Source: Bradymonadia bacterium | GTDB taxonomy: Bacteria > Myxococcota_A > Bradymonadia > UBA7976 > UBA1532 | Assembly (NCBI GenBank): GCA_046290225.1 | Contig: JBKAGE010000044.1 | Coordinates: forward strand, 1 to 64,000 | Direction: 5' to 3' | DNA length: 64,000 nt | Shown: one piece after another, positions 1-10,490 of the stretch | Layout: each line of letters starts with the position of its first letter | Numbering within the stretch: the first letter of the stretch is position 1 | Position numbers and translations under genes: made by a program | The notes under the pieces: model-generated | What the model saw: the letters and a program-made list of their open reading frames with translations, nothing else | Told to the model about the DNA's origin: nothing | Database searches by the model: none

Positions 1-2
1 CC

Positions 3-1052
3 ACTGGCATCTTCGTCTCTCTCGGCGCACGCTGTGATGTGGGTGAAGACTCCGCCATCTACGACGGTGTGACTCTCGGTGTCGACGGTGCCATTGGCGC
101 TCGCAGCACGGTGCTCTTCCGGGCCACGATTGGCGACGAAGCCACCATTGGCACCGACACCATCATCGACGAGCAAATCACCGCCGGGAACCGCTTCACC
201 CTCGGCAACAACAGCCGCCTCTGGCCCCGCAGCACCTACGGCAACGACGTCACCATCGGCGCCAACGTACTCATCCGCGATACCGCTGATGTCGGCGAGG
301 GCGTCACCATCGAAGACGACGTCACCATCTACCCCGAGACCACCATCGGCCAGGACACCACCATCCGCCAGGGTGTGGAGCTCGGTGTCGCAGTCTGCGC
401 GACTCAGCGCTGTGGTCAGGTCACCATCGGTGAGTGTCTCGACGTTGACGCTGACATGGCCCCCCTCGGCAACATGGTCGGCACCTGCACCCCTGGTGGC
501 GATGCGGGGAGCGCTGGCGCCTCTTGCCAGGCCATCCTCGATGCCAACGGCGACGCAGCCACTGGCCTCTACTGGGTCGATCCTGACGGCGATGGTGGCG
601 AGCCCCCCTACGAGGCCTACTGCGACATGACCACCTCTGGTGGCGGCTGGCAGCTCGTCATGACCCGCACCAAGAACGTGAACACATCCCACACCAACGA
701 TCCGCTCACACCGGCCATGGGCGCCACGGCCATCACCAACGCGCGCTGGCTGTGGCTGCGCGACAACGCCACTGAGTCCCTCGCCACTTACAGCGGCGGC
801 AGCATCGTGGCCAACCTCGCCCCCATGCGCACCGCCCGCTGCACCCAACTGCAGTTCGACCTCACCGCTCTGGTCATCGCCCATGACGAGAGCTCTGGGT
901 GTAATGGCACCGGCAGCGATTACAGCTTGTGGTTCGGCGTCTATCACACCGTCACCCGCAACACCTACATGAGCCGCTACTCCAACCAGCCGTTCTGGTC
1001 CGGGCAGGTGGCTGCGGCCGAGCCTGGCTCTTCCGCGATGTGGGTTCGATAG
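3..1052 (+). CDS. 3' part of a large surface protein: left-handed beta-helix (hexapeptide) repeats plus C-terminal fibrinogen-related/NC1-like domain; paralog of the next gene (5' end outside window)
   Basis: Frame open from window start; hexapeptide repeats (TIGDEATIGTDTII); SCQAIL...GLYWVDPDG...AYCDMTTSGGGW motif; aligns with 3535-4591 of the next gene. Confidence 0.85.
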   Translation, partial: TGIFVSLGARCDVGEDSAIYDGVTLGVDGAIGARSTVLFRATIGDEATIGTDTIIDEQITAGNRFTLGNNSRLWPRSTYGNDVTIGANVLIRDTADVGEGVTIEDDVTIYPETTIGQDTTIRQGVELGVAVCATQRCGQVTIGECLDVDADMAPLGNMVGTCTPGGDAGSAGASCQAILDANGDAATGLYWVDPDGDGGEPPYEAYCDMTTSGGGWQLVMTRTKNVNTSHTNDPLTPAMGATAITNARWLWLRDNATESLATYSGGSIVANLAPMRTARCTQLQFDLTALVIAHDESSGCNGTGSDYSLWFGVYHTVTRNTYMSRYSNQPFWSGQVAAAEPGSSAMWVR

Positions 1053-1159
1053 ACCCAAGCTCTATCTCCCCCCCCCTTAGGTGTAGCACACTGCCTCCTC
1101 ATGACTTACACTGTGCCGGATTGCTTTACAGCTCGGCACCCGTAGTTCGAGGAGTTCCC

Positions 1160-4100
1160 ATGGCCCTGTCACTGACTCAAAAGCTCTTGCAAGGTGCTCT
1201 CGCCGCGGGGGTCATCACCCTCGCCGGTTTCAGCACCGCCTCTGCGAGCACTGGCTACCACCACTGTGCCATCGATGACGCCGGCCAGCTCAAGTGCTGG
1301 GGCCGTAACGATCACGGCCAGCTCGGTCAGGGCAACACCAGCCGCTATGGCGATCAAGCCAATGAAGTGGCCAACATGTCTCCCATCGATCTGGGCACCA
1401 ATGCTCAAGACCAACAGCACACAGTCCAGCAAGTCACTCATGGCTACCACAGCACCTGCGCCATCCTCGACGATGGGCGCGTGAAGTGCTGGGGCTACAA
1501 TGGCCAGGGTCAGCTCGGTCAAGGCAACACCACCCAGCGTGGTGATGGGCCCAACGAGATGGGGAACAACCTCGCCTACACAAATCTCGGCACTGGCCGC
1601 ACCGCGGTACACCTGAGCAGCTTTTACCATGGCCATTGCGCCATTCTGGACAACGGCAAAGTGAAGTGCTGGGGCTACAACAACTATGGCCACCTGGGCA
1701 TTGGTGACACCGCCAACCGCGGTGATCACGCCAACGAGATGGGCGACAACTTGCCCTACACCGAACTTGGCACTGGTCGCACCGCAGTGCAGATGGCCAG
1801 CGGTTACTATCACACCTGCGCGCTGCTCGATAACGGCGGGGTAAAGTGCTGGGGCTACAACAACAACGGTACCCTCGGCCACAACAACAACACCCAGCGG
1901 GGTGATGGCCCCAATGAGATGGGCGACAACCTGCAGTACACCGATCTCGGTACCGGTCGCACTGCAGTGAAGGTCAGCGCAGGCTACCTGCACAATTGCG
2001 CCATTCTGGACAACGGCAAGGTGAAGTGCTGGGGCTACAACAACCAGGGCCAGTTGGGGCAAGGGAACACGACTCAGCGCGGTGATGGCGGCAACGAGAT
2101 GGGCGACAACCTCGCCTACACCGAGCTTGGTACCGGCCGTACCGCAGTCGACATCGTCTCAGGCAACACCCACAACTGCGCCATCTTGGATGATGGTGGA
2201 GTGAAATGTTGGGGTCGGGGCTCCAATGGCAACCTGGGGCAGAACAACACCCTCGACCGAGGCGACGGCGCCGGTGAGATGGGCGACAACCTCGCCTACA
2301 CTTACCTCGGCGATGGCCGTACCGCAGTGTCCATGGGCGTTGGCTTCCACAACACCTGTGCCCTGTTGGACAACGGCACGGTGAGGTGCTGGGGCCACAA
2401 CAGCTACGGCCAGCTCGGCACCGGCAACACCACGACTTACGGCAGCACCGCCAACTCAATGCAAGCCAACCCCGGCATAGACTTCGGTGCCAACTTTGGC
2501 ACCCCCGTCGATCTGGACAACTCGGGCGGCGTGCGCTGCCCCGACTCTGACAACGACGGCCTGTGCGATACCGAAGACAACTGTCCCCTGGCCGCAAACG
2601 CGGGTCAGAGTGATGTTGACGCAGATGGCTTGGGCGACGCCTGCGACGCCTGCGCGAATGACGCGACGAACGACGCTGATGGTGACGGCATCTGTCAAGA
2701 CGTCGATAACTGCATCACCGTCGCGAATGCAGACCAGACCGACAACAACGGCGATGGCTACGGCGATGCCTGCGTGAGCACCGCCGCTGACATCGACCCC
2801 ACTGCCACTCTTGGCAACGACATCGTCATCGGCGAGAACGCCGTGATTGGTGCCTTCGCGCGTGTGGGCGATGGCGCAACTGTCATGGGCAGCATCGGCA
2901 GCAGCGTCGGTGTGGGCGCTGGCTCGAGCATCGGCGCCGGGGCTGACATCGAGAACGGTGTGCAGATCGGTGAAAACGTCGGCATCGGCGCTGGCACCAC
3001 CATCAGCGTCATTGCCCGTATCGGTGACGGCGCGAGCATTGGCGCTGGCGTGAGCATCGGCACTCAAACGGAGATCGGCGCCGGGGCGGTGGTCCCTGAC
3101 AACGTGCAAATCGGTGAGATTTCCCGCGTGGGGGCCAACACTCAGCTGGGCGCCGGGTGTTTCCTCGGCAACAACGCTCGCATGGGCGCCAACGGCGCAA
3201 CTGGTGCCGACTGCACGCTCGAATCGAACACTGAAATCGGTGATGACTTTGTCTTCGGCGAGACGGTCTACATCGAGTCCAACGCCATCGTCGAGGCCGA
3301 GGCCGACTTCGGCAACGGCGTCACCATCGGTGACTACGCTGTCGTGGGCCGCAACGCCCACATCGGCACTGGTGCCGAGTTGGCCTCAGGTGCAGAGCTC
3401 GGCGAGAACGCGAGCATCGGCACCAACGCCGAGGTGCGTGGCGCCCTGGGCAACGGCGTCACCCTCGGGGACGACACCTTCATCGGCAACCAGAGCAGCG
3501 TCGCCGACAACTGTACCCTGGGCGATCGCGTCACCACGGGCATCTTCGTCACCATCGGCGCCCGCTGCGGCATCGGCGACGATACCGCCCTCTACGACGG
3601 CGCCACCCTCGGGGTCGACGGCACCATCGGGGCGCGCAGCACGGTTTTGTTCCGGACCACCATTGGTGATGACGCCACCATCGGGACCGACACCATCATC
3701 GATGAGCAAATCACCGCCGGTAACCGCTTCAGCCTCGGCAACAACAGCCGCCTCTGGCCTCGCAGCACCTACGGCAACGACGTCACCATCGGCGCCAACG
3801 CGCTGATTCGCGACACCGCTGATCTCGGTGAAGGCGTCACCGTGGAAGATGGTGTCACCATCTACCCCGAGACCACCATCGGCGAGCAGACCATCATCCG
3901 TCAGGACGTCGGCCTCGGCGTGGCCAACTGCCCCACGCAACGCTGTGGTCAGGTCACCATCGGCAGCTGCCTCGACATCGGCGCCGACGTAGATCCTGTG
4001 AGCACCATGCCGGGCACCTGCACCCCTGGCGGTGACGCCGGGAGCGCTGGGGCCTCGTGTCAGGGCATCCTCGACGTAGATGGCAACGCAGCCGATGGCC

Positions 4101-4591
4101 TCTACTGGATCGATCCTGATGGCGATGGCGGCGAAGCGCCGTTCCAGGCGTACTGCGACATGACCACCGCAGGCGGTGGCTGGATCCTGGTACTCAACCG
4201 TACCTCTGGTGTGGCCACCTCGCACACCAACGACCCGCTCACCACAGCCATGGCGAACCAGGCCATCACCAACGCGCGATGGGCGTGGCTGCGCGACAAC
4301 GCCACCGAGAGCCTGGCCACGTACAGCGGCGGCAGCATCGTGGCCAACCTCGCCCCCATGCGCACTGCCAGCTGTGTGCCCTTGACGTTCGATCTCACCA
4401 ACCACGTCGTCGCCTGGGACGAGAACTCGGGCTGCGATGCCACTGGCCTCGACTACAGCAACTGGTTCGGCGTGCGGAACCAGGTGGGCCGCAACACCTT
4501 CATGGACAATGGCTCAAGCGACCGATTCTGGGATCCGGCGGGGCAGCCCTCACATGCAGAGCCCGCCTCGGCCTCCATGTGGGTCCGCTGA
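1160..4591 (+). CDS. Secreted surface protein: RCC1-like repeats, thrombospondin type-3-like Ca-binding repeats, long hexapeptide (LbH) beta-helix, C-terminal fibrinogen-related domain
   Basis: RBS GAGGAG before ATG 1160; signal peptide; ~7 repeats of HxCAILDNGxVKCWGYN; DxDxDGxxDxxDNC repeats; hexapeptide stretch; GLYWIDPDG..YCDMTTAGGGW. Confidence 0.88.
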   Translation: MALSLTQKLLQGALAAGVITLAGFSTASASTGYHHCAIDDAGQLKCWGRNDHGQLGQGNTSRYGDQANEVANMSPIDLGTNAQDQQHTVQQVTHGYHSTCAILDDGRVKCWGYNGQGQLGQGNTTQRGDGPNEMGNNLAYTNLGTGRTAVHLSSFYHGHCAILDNGKVKCWGYNNYGHLGIGDTANRGDHANEMGDNLPYTELGTGRTAVQMASGYYHTCALLDNGGVKCWGYNNNGTLGHNNNTQRGDGPNEMGDNLQYTDLGTGRTAVKVSAGYLHNCAILDNGKVKCWGYNNQGQLGQGNTTQRGDGGNEMGDNLAYTELGTGRTAVDIVSGNTHNCAILDDGGVKCWGRGSNGNLGQNNTLDRGDGAGEMGDNLAYTYLGDGRTAVSMGVGFHNTCALLDNGTVRCWGHNSYGQLGTGNTTTYGSTANSMQANPGIDFGANFGTPVDLDNSGGVRCPDSDNDGLCDTEDNCPLAANAGQSDVDADGLGDACDACANDATNDADGDGICQDVDNCITVANADQTDNNGDGYGDACVSTAADIDPTATLGNDIVIGENAVIGAFARVGDGATVMGSIGSSVGVGAGSSIGAGADIENGVQIGENVGIGAGTTISVIARIGDGASIGAGVSIGTQTEIGAGAVVPDNVQIGEISRVGANTQLGAGCFLGNNARMGANGATGADCTLESNTEIGDDFVFGETVYIESNAIVEAEADFGNGVTIGDYAVVGRNAHIGTGAELASGAELGENASIGTNAEVRGALGNGVTLGDDTFIGNQSSVADNCTLGDRVTTGIFVTIGARCGIGDDTALYDGATLGVDGTIGARSTVLFRTTIGDDATIGTDTIIDEQITAGNRFSLGNNSRLWPRSTYGNDVTIGANALIRDTADLGEGVTVEDGVTIYPETTIGEQTIIRQDVGLGVANCPTQRCGQVTIGSCLDIGADVDPVSTMPGTCTPGGDAGSAGASCQGILDVDGNAADGLYWIDPDGDGGEAPFQAYCDMTTAGGGWILVLNRTSGVATSHTNDPLTTAMANQAITNARWAWLRDNATESLATYSGGSIVANLAPMRTASCVPLTFDLTNHVVAWDENSGCDATGLDYSNWFGVRNQVGRNTFMDNGSSDRFWDPAGQPSHAEPASASMWVR

Positions 4592-4676
4592 GGCGCTCCT
4601 CTCCACACCTGCCTTGCGTCCATGGGCAGAGATCGCCACAGTCCACACGTTCTGAGCACGACCGGTGGAGTATCTG

Positions 4677-7373
4677 ATGGCCGATCGCCCTCTTCGACTT
4701 GAGCTCCTCGCCCCTGCGGGCAATCAAGAAGCCCTCGACGCCGCCCTCGCTGCAGGCGCTGACGCGGTGTACTTCGGCCTCGACGAGGGCTTCAACGCCC
4801 GCGCTCGAGCCGCTGGCTTCACCCGAGAGGGCTTGCCAGAGACCATGGCCCAAATCCATCGGGCAGGTGCTCGGGGCTACCTCACCTTCAACACACTCGT
4901 CTTCGAGTCGGAGCTGCCTCATGTAGAGGCGGCGCTCCGCGACGTGGCCTTCGCCGGGGTGGACGCCATCATCGTGCAAGACCCCGCGGTGGCCCTCATC
5001 GCTCGGGCGGTCTGCCCGGACCTGGAGATCCACGCCAGCACGCAGATGACCGTGAGCAGCCCTGAGGCCGCCCGATTTGCCGAGACCCTCGGGGTGAGCC
5101 GGGTGGTGGTCCCTCGAGAGCTCTCCATCGATCAGATCGCCAAGTTCAAAGCCAACACGTCGCTGGAACTCGAGGTCTTCATCCACGGGGCCCTGTGCAT
5201 GGCGTGGTCGGGGCAGTGCCTCACCAGCGAAGCCTGGGGCGGCCGCTCGGCGAACCGCGGGCAGTGTGCTCAGTCGTGCCGTATGCCCTACGATCTCGAG
5301 GTCGATGGGGAGATGCGCGATCTCGGTGATGTGCGCTACCTGCTCAGCCCCCGTGATCTGGCGGGCTTCAGAGCAGTGCCCGCTCTGGCAGAGATCGGCG
5401 TGCACAGCTTGAAGATCGAAGGCCGCTACAAAGGACCAGCCTATGTGGTGACCACCGTGCAAGCCTATCGCCGCTGGGCGAAGCAGATCGCCGAAGAGGG
5501 CGAGTCCGCCCTCGATCCAGAAGGCGAGGCGGTGAGCCAGCTCAAATCCGATCTCACCGAGATGGGTGTGGTCTACTCCCGAGGCTTCGGTGATGGCTTC
5601 TTCGGGGGCTCCGATCATCAGACCCTGGTGGGGGGCAGGTTCCCCAAAAACCGCGGTGTACGCCTCGGACAGGTGATCGGTATGCAAGGCAATCAAGTGC
5701 GGGTTCGGCCCTGGTCACCCGACGCGGGCGATTTGCCGCGGACCGGCGGCCTCGCCCTCGCAGATGGCCCTGGTGCCCCGCAAGGAGTGCTGGAGAGCGC
5801 CCTGGCACCTCTCGGCGGTGATCCGGAGTCGGCCACGGGGGCGCCTCGAGCCCTGCCCGAGGTTCGGCCGGGGATGGGCGTGGTCTTCGATGCCGGCAAC
5901 CCCGAGAGCCCCAACGAAGCCGGCGGACCCATCTTCTCGGTGAATCAGGTGAAGAAGGGCAAGTGGACCGACTGGTTGCTGGGCTTCGGACGCCCCGGGC
6001 CCGATCTGCGCCGGGTGGAGATCGGGCAACAGGTCTGGCTCAACAGCGATCCAGCAGTGCACAAGCGCGTGTCCTCTCTGGTGGCCCGAGGGCCCGAGGG
6101 GCGCATCCCGATGTCGATGCGCGTGTGGGGTCAGGCCGGCGCGCCGTTGAAGGTGCTCGCCACGGCCATGGGCCACAGCGTCGACGTGCGTACGGACTTC
6201 GACCTGGCCCCATCGACGGGTGCCGGCCTCACCGAGCAGCTGATGCGAGACAAGCTCGGTGCGCTCGGAGGCACCCCCTTCACCCTCGGTGATCTCGATC
6301 TCTCGGGCCTCGGCGAAGGCTTGCATGTGCCGGTGTCGGCCCTCAAAGCGCTCCGCCGCGATCTGGTGTTCCAGCTCGACGTGCTCGTTGCCGCAGGGCC
6401 AGATCTCGAGTTGGAGAAATCTCCTGCCCTACCCCGACTCCATACCGCCATCGCCGAGCGTTGGGCCGAGGTGCCCGAGGTGGAGGATCCTGCGCCTACG
6501 TTGATCCCGCTGTGTAGAACGGACGCGCAGCTCGATGCCCTCATCGCTCTGCTCGACGAGGGTGGTCCCCGTGAGGTGGAGCTCGACTGGATGGAGTTCA
6601 TTGGCCTGCGCAAGGCTGTAGAGCGGGCTCGAACAGCAGGGTTGAAGGTGCACATCGCCAGCGTGCGGGTGCAAAAGCCCGGGGAGGCAGGCTATGACCG
6701 CCGCATCGAGACCCTGGCCCCCGATGGGGTGCTGGTGCGCCACTGGGGCGGGCTGATGCACTTCTCCACCCTGCCTGCAGATCAGCGGCCGGAGATCCAC
6801 GGCGACTTCTCGCTCAACGTCACCAACGCCATCACTGCGGCCCACGTGCTCTCGCTGGGTCTCGACAGCTTCACGGTAGCTCATGATCTCGACGCCGAGC
6901 AGCTCTTCGGCCTGTTCGATCGCATGAAAGCCCTCGGCATCCCCCGCCATCGGGCCACGGTGACGGTGCATCACCACATCCCCACCTTTCACACCGAGCA
7001 CTGCGTGTACGCCCACCTGCTCAGCAACGGCCGCGACTTCCGCACCTGCGGGCGGCCCTGCGAGGCACATCAGGTGGGCCTGAAAGATCACACCGGCAAG
7101 GTGCACCCGGTGCTCGTGGACGTGGAGTGCCGCAACACCGTCTTCAACGCCCAGGCCCAGAGCGCTGCGAGCCTGGTGCCTCGCATGCTCGAGGCCGGGG
7201 TGCGCCGATTCCGCGTCGAGTGTGTGCGGGAAGATGCAGCCACCACCCGCACGTTCATCTCAGCGTGGTCCGATTTGCTCGCCGGCCGCATCGACCCCTC
7301 CACCCTGAACCGCCGCGTCGGCGTACACGAGCAGTTTGGGGTCACCGCGGGCACCATGAGGGTTCTGAGTTGA
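4677..7373 (+). CDS. rlhA: Long U32 peptidase-family protein (RlhA-like 23S rRNA hydroxylase, with DUF3656-like region)
   Basis: LELLAPAGN, GADAVYFG, HASTQM, Fe-S cysteine cluster GALCMAWSGQC...NRGQCAQSCR, SLKIEGR; C-terminal HTEHCV..C..PC. Confidence 0.85.
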   Translation: MADRPLRLELLAPAGNQEALDAALAAGADAVYFGLDEGFNARARAAGFTREGLPETMAQIHRAGARGYLTFNTLVFESELPHVEAALRDVAFAGVDAIIVQDPAVALIARAVCPDLEIHASTQMTVSSPEAARFAETLGVSRVVVPRELSIDQIAKFKANTSLELEVFIHGALCMAWSGQCLTSEAWGGRSANRGQCAQSCRMPYDLEVDGEMRDLGDVRYLLSPRDLAGFRAVPALAEIGVHSLKIEGRYKGPAYVVTTVQAYRRWAKQIAEEGESALDPEGEAVSQLKSDLTEMGVVYSRGFGDGFFGGSDHQTLVGGRFPKNRGVRLGQVIGMQGNQVRVRPWSPDAGDLPRTGGLALADGPGAPQGVLESALAPLGGDPESATGAPRALPEVRPGMGVVFDAGNPESPNEAGGPIFSVNQVKKGKWTDWLLGFGRPGPDLRRVEIGQQVWLNSDPAVHKRVSSLVARGPEGRIPMSMRVWGQAGAPLKVLATAMGHSVDVRTDFDLAPSTGAGLTEQLMRDKLGALGGTPFTLGDLDLSGLGEGLHVPVSALKALRRDLVFQLDVLVAAGPDLELEKSPALPRLHTAIAERWAEVPEVEDPAPTLIPLCRTDAQLDALIALLDEGGPREVELDWMEFIGLRKAVERARTAGLKVHIASVRVQKPGEAGYDRRIETLAPDGVLVRHWGGLMHFSTLPADQRPEIHGDFSLNVTNAITAAHVLSLGLDSFTVAHDLDAEQLFGLFDRMKALGIPRHRATVTVHHHIPTFHTEHCVYAHLLSNGRDFRTCGRPCEAHQVGLKDHTGKVHPVLVDVECRNTVFNAQAQSAASLVPRMLEAGVRRFRVECVREDAATTRTFISAWSDLLAGRIDPSTLNRRVGVHEQFGVTAGTMRVLS

Positions 7374-8779
7374 GAACTTCCGCGTTGATGTGTGTCTTGC
7401 TCTGGTCGAGCCTCGCCTTCGCTCAAAAAGGCCAGCCTCAAAAAAGCCAGCCTCAAAAGAGCCAGCCCGAAACAACCGCCCCAGAGGCGGCCCCCGCTCA
7501 GCCATCGGAGAGCTTTGCCGGGCTCATCGCCAAAGGAGACGCTGCCGCCGTCGAGGGCAAGACCAGCGAAGCCCTGACGTGGTGGTCTCTGGCTTATGTG
7601 GTTGAGCTGGCCTCGGTGCGGGGCCTCGCCTTCAAGCAACATGTCCCCGCCCAACACATGACGCAGAAGGCCCTCCAAGCCCATATGCTCACCCTCATCG
7701 ACCGTGAGTATCCTCCAGAGAAACGGGCCTCTGACAAAGCCGCCCTCACAGCCTTCGGGTTGATCCCGCCTGATCTCGATCTCAAGACCATGGCTGTGGA
7801 GCTGCTCGCTGGCGAGGTGGCGGGCTTCTACGATCCCGAAAGCAAGGAGTTGTATCTCATCTTGCGAGAAGAGGGCTTCGAAGCCCCAGGTCTCATGGAT
7901 CGCCTCATGGGGCTCGCCCTCGGCGATGAGGAGAAGATGGTCCTGGCCCACGAGCTGACCCACGCTCTGGAAGACCAGCACTTCGATCTCTTCAGCATGA
8001 GCGAGTCCACCAAGCACGACGACGACATGGCCGTGGCGCTGTCGAGCCTCGTTGAGGGCTCGGCCATGGTGGTGATGCTCTGGTCACGGCAGCCCGACAG
8101 TTTCGAGGCGCTCACCAGCGCCGCCGGCGCTCAGGCGATCGAGAGCATGCTCAGCAGCCTCGAACCGGAAGATCTCGCAGCGGCATCTGGTGACGCTTTC
8201 AAAAAAGCCCCGCTCATCCTCCAGACCCAGATGGTGTACCCCTACCTCTCGGGCCTGACGATGTGCTTGAAGCTGATCAGGGGCAAGGGCTGGGCAGCCA
8301 TCGACGCTGCCTATACCGATCCGCCAATCTCCTCGGAGCAGGTGCTTCACCCGGAGCGCTACCTCAACCGGAAAACAGATCCGCCCCTGAAGGTGGACTT
8401 CTCCGAGCACCCTCCCGGTGTCGACCCGACCACCCGAACGGCGCAGAACACGTTGGGCGAGCTGTCGATCCGGGTGCTGCTCAATGCAGAAGCAGATCAG
8501 GGTGTCAGCGCTGCTGATGGCTGGGATGGCGACGGCTACATCGTCTACGGCACAGGTGAGAAGGCGCGACTGCTCTGGCTCTCGGTCTGGGAAAACGCCG
8601 ACGAAGCGACGGCCTTCGAACAGGCGCTTCGACGCCAGCGCCCTCAGATGAGCATCGCCCGCCACGGCAACAAGATCACCGCCCTCGCCGGCGTGCCCTC
8701 GGGCGAAACGGAGAAGATGCACCGCTGGCTCAGCAGCCGGGGGCTCTCGGAGAAACGGTTTGTTCGCGCAGTGAAGTGA
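7370..8779 (+). CDS. Secreted zincin-like metalloprotease (HExxH)
   Basis: TTG start overlaps the TGA of the U32 gene (alternative ATG 7388); signal peptide; AGFYDP, AHELTHALEDQHF, LVEGSA, PPISSEQVLHPERY, GWDGD motifs. Confidence 0.75.
   Translation: MRTSALMCVLLWSSLAFAQKGQPQKSQPQKSQPETTAPEAAPAQPSESFAGLIAKGDAAAVEGKTSEALTWWSLAYVVELASVRGLAFKQHVPAQHMTQKALQAHMLTLIDREYPPEKRASDKAALTAFGLIPPDLDLKTMAVELLAGEVAGFYDPESKELYLILREEGFEAPGLMDRLMGLALGDEEKMVLAHELTHALEDQHFDLFSMSESTKHDDDMAVALSSLVEGSAMVVMLWSRQPDSFEALTSAAGAQAIESMLSSLEPEDLAAASGDAFKKAPLILQTQMVYPYLSGLTMCLKLIRGKGWAAIDAAYTDPPISSEQVLHPERYLNRKTDPPLKVDFSEHPPGVDPTTRTAQNTLGELSIRVLLNAEADQGVSAADGWDGDGYIVYGTGEKARLLWLSVWENADEATAFEQALRRQRPQMSIARHGNKITALAGVPSGETEKMHRWLSSRGLSEKRFVRAVK
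7424..7468 (+). repeat. 15-bp tandem repeat x3 (QKS/GQP) just after the signal peptide
   Basis: caaaaaggccagcct/caaaaaagccagcct/caaaagagccagccc. Confidence 0.85.
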
Positions 8780-8839
8780 GCCTTGAGGCAGGCCTTCGAC
8801 ATACAGTGGGGTGTACCCGTTGTATGTGTGGAGGCTCTC

Positions 8840-9610
8840 ATGTCTGCTCGAATCCCCGCCATCTTCGTCGCCCACGGCGCCCCGACTCTGGCCCTGCAGC
8901 CTGATCGGGCCGCGCCCCTCGTCCGCTGGGCCAGAACGCTGACTACCCCCAAAGCCATCCTGGTGATCAGCGCCCACTGGCTGACCCGAGGGATTCAGCT
9001 GGGTCGCACCGCGACCCACGACGCCCTCATCTACGACTTCAGCGGGTTTCCCAAGGCGCTCTACGAGATGCAGTATGCGGCGCCCGGGGCCCCTGCCCTC
9101 GCCGCCCGTATCACCCAGCTGCTCGGCGACGAGCACACAGTGAAGACTGTGGATCGCGGCATCGATCATGGAGTGTGGATCCCGCTCAAAGTCATGTACC
9201 CCGAGGCGAAGATCCCCGTGCTCCAGATGTCGATCCCTCGGGAGATGGATCCCCGAGCGCTCATGGAGCTGGGCCTGCGTCTGCGTACGCTGAGCGAAGA
9301 GGGCGTGCTCATCATGGGCAGCGGCAACATCACCCACAATCTGAGGGCTCTGGATTTCCGCGAAGGCGCCCCCCCGACCTGGGCCACGCAGTTCGACGCC
9401 TGGGTCAAGACACAGCTCGAGGCTTCGGCGTTGGACACCCTCGCTCAGTGGAAGACGCTGGCCCCCTCGCCGAAGATGGCCCACCCCACCGACGAGCACC
9501 TGCGGCCCTTGTTCGTGATCGCCGGCGCCGGCGTGGGCGATCGGTTGTCCTGGGGGCTCGAGGGCTTCGAATACGGCTCGATCAGTCGACGCTCGGTGCA
9601 ATACGGCTGA
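8840..9610 (+). CDS. ygiD: 4,5-DOPA extradiol dioxygenase (LigB/DODA family)
   Basis: IFVAHGAP, ISAHW, YDFSGFP, DHGVW, GSGNITHNL, HPTDEH motifs. Confidence 0.9.
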   Translation: MSARIPAIFVAHGAPTLALQPDRAAPLVRWARTLTTPKAILVISAHWLTRGIQLGRTATHDALIYDFSGFPKALYEMQYAAPGAPALAARITQLLGDEHTVKTVDRGIDHGVWIPLKVMYPEAKIPVLQMSIPREMDPRALMELGLRLRTLSEEGVLIMGSGNITHNLRALDFREGAPPTWATQFDAWVKTQLEASALDTLAQWKTLAPSPKMAHPTDEHLRPLFVIAGAGVGDRLSWGLEGFEYGSISRRSVQYG

Positions 9611-9617
9611 GCGTTGC

Positions 9618-10280
9618 TCAGGGCATGCGCCCCATGATGTACACGTGTCGATCGCCCACAGCTGTGACGGACCACCCTGAGATGCCCGCCGCCTCAAGTT
9701 GCCCTTCGATCTCCGTCACCTCGAAGGCAGCGTGCAGCGAGGCGTGAAAGTCGAGGCGTAGGATCTCCGGCACATCGCTGGCGTAGAGCGCGGTGAGGCG
9801 GTCCGCCTCTTGGGGTGTGCTTGGGCGCCGCAGATCTCCGATACACACCGGCGCCCCAGGGCGGGCGATGTGTTTGATCGTCTCCCACAATCCCTGAGGA
9901 TCGTGCAGGTGATGCAGCAGACTGTTGCTGATCACGGCGTCGAAGGCCTGAGCAGGCAGCTCGGGGTTGGGAATGAACGAGCGTTCAAAACGCACACGCT
10001 CGCCGAGCCCTGAGGCAACGCTCTGTTCCCGACCGTGGGCCAACATGGCCTCAGCGCCGTCGTACCCCACGATCTGGAGGTCTGTGTCGAGCGCCGCAAT
10101 CTGCAGGGCGATGTTCCCCGGGCCACACCCCAGATCAGCCACATGCCTCACCTCTGATCCGGCGAAGGCCTCGAGGCACATCTGCGCAAACCGCACGTCG
10201 GTCTCGACAAAATCAGCGGCAGCGTATGACTGTGCCTGCTCGGCGGTGTCCATGAGCTCGGGCTCGGGGGTGCGGTGCAT
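9618..10280 (-). CDS. Class I SAM-dependent methyltransferase
   Basis: RTPEPELMD, DLGCGPG, SNSLLHHL, DLRRP motifs. Confidence 0.88.
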   Translation of the reverse strand: MHRTPEPELMDTAEQAQSYAAADFVETDVRFAQMCLEAFAGSEVRHVADLGCGPGNIALQIAALDTDLQIVGYDGAEAMLAHGREQSVASGLGERVRFERSFIPNPELPAQAFDAVISNSLLHHLHDPQGLWETIKHIARPGAPVCIGDLRRPSTPQEADRLTALYASDVPEILRLDFHASLHAAFEVTEIEGQLEAAGISGWSVTAVGDRHVYIMGRMP

Positions 10281-10490
10281 GATCTCTCCATGGGGACGAT
10301 TTCAACCTGGACAGCGGGGGCACCATAACTCAGAGGCGGCCTGGTTACCCTGTCCATCCTCGACCCCCCTCAAGGGGCGCCTTTGTGGAGGTTGGACTGG
10401 GCACTCCGCCCACACGAAGATCCTCTCGACACCTCGTCCAGCCCAATGGCCCGCTACACTGTGCACACCCGTGCCGCTGAGGAGAATGAC

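Noticed and set aside
1260..2460. CRISPR-like periodic DNA repeats
   Set aside because: These are ~180-bp in-frame RCC1 coding repeats, with no unique spacers or cas genes
820..4591. Diversity-generating retroelement (TR/VR) between the two paralog C-termini
   Set aside because: Differences are not adenine-specific, include many synonymous changes and an indel, both copies are coding, and there is no reverse transcriptase in the window
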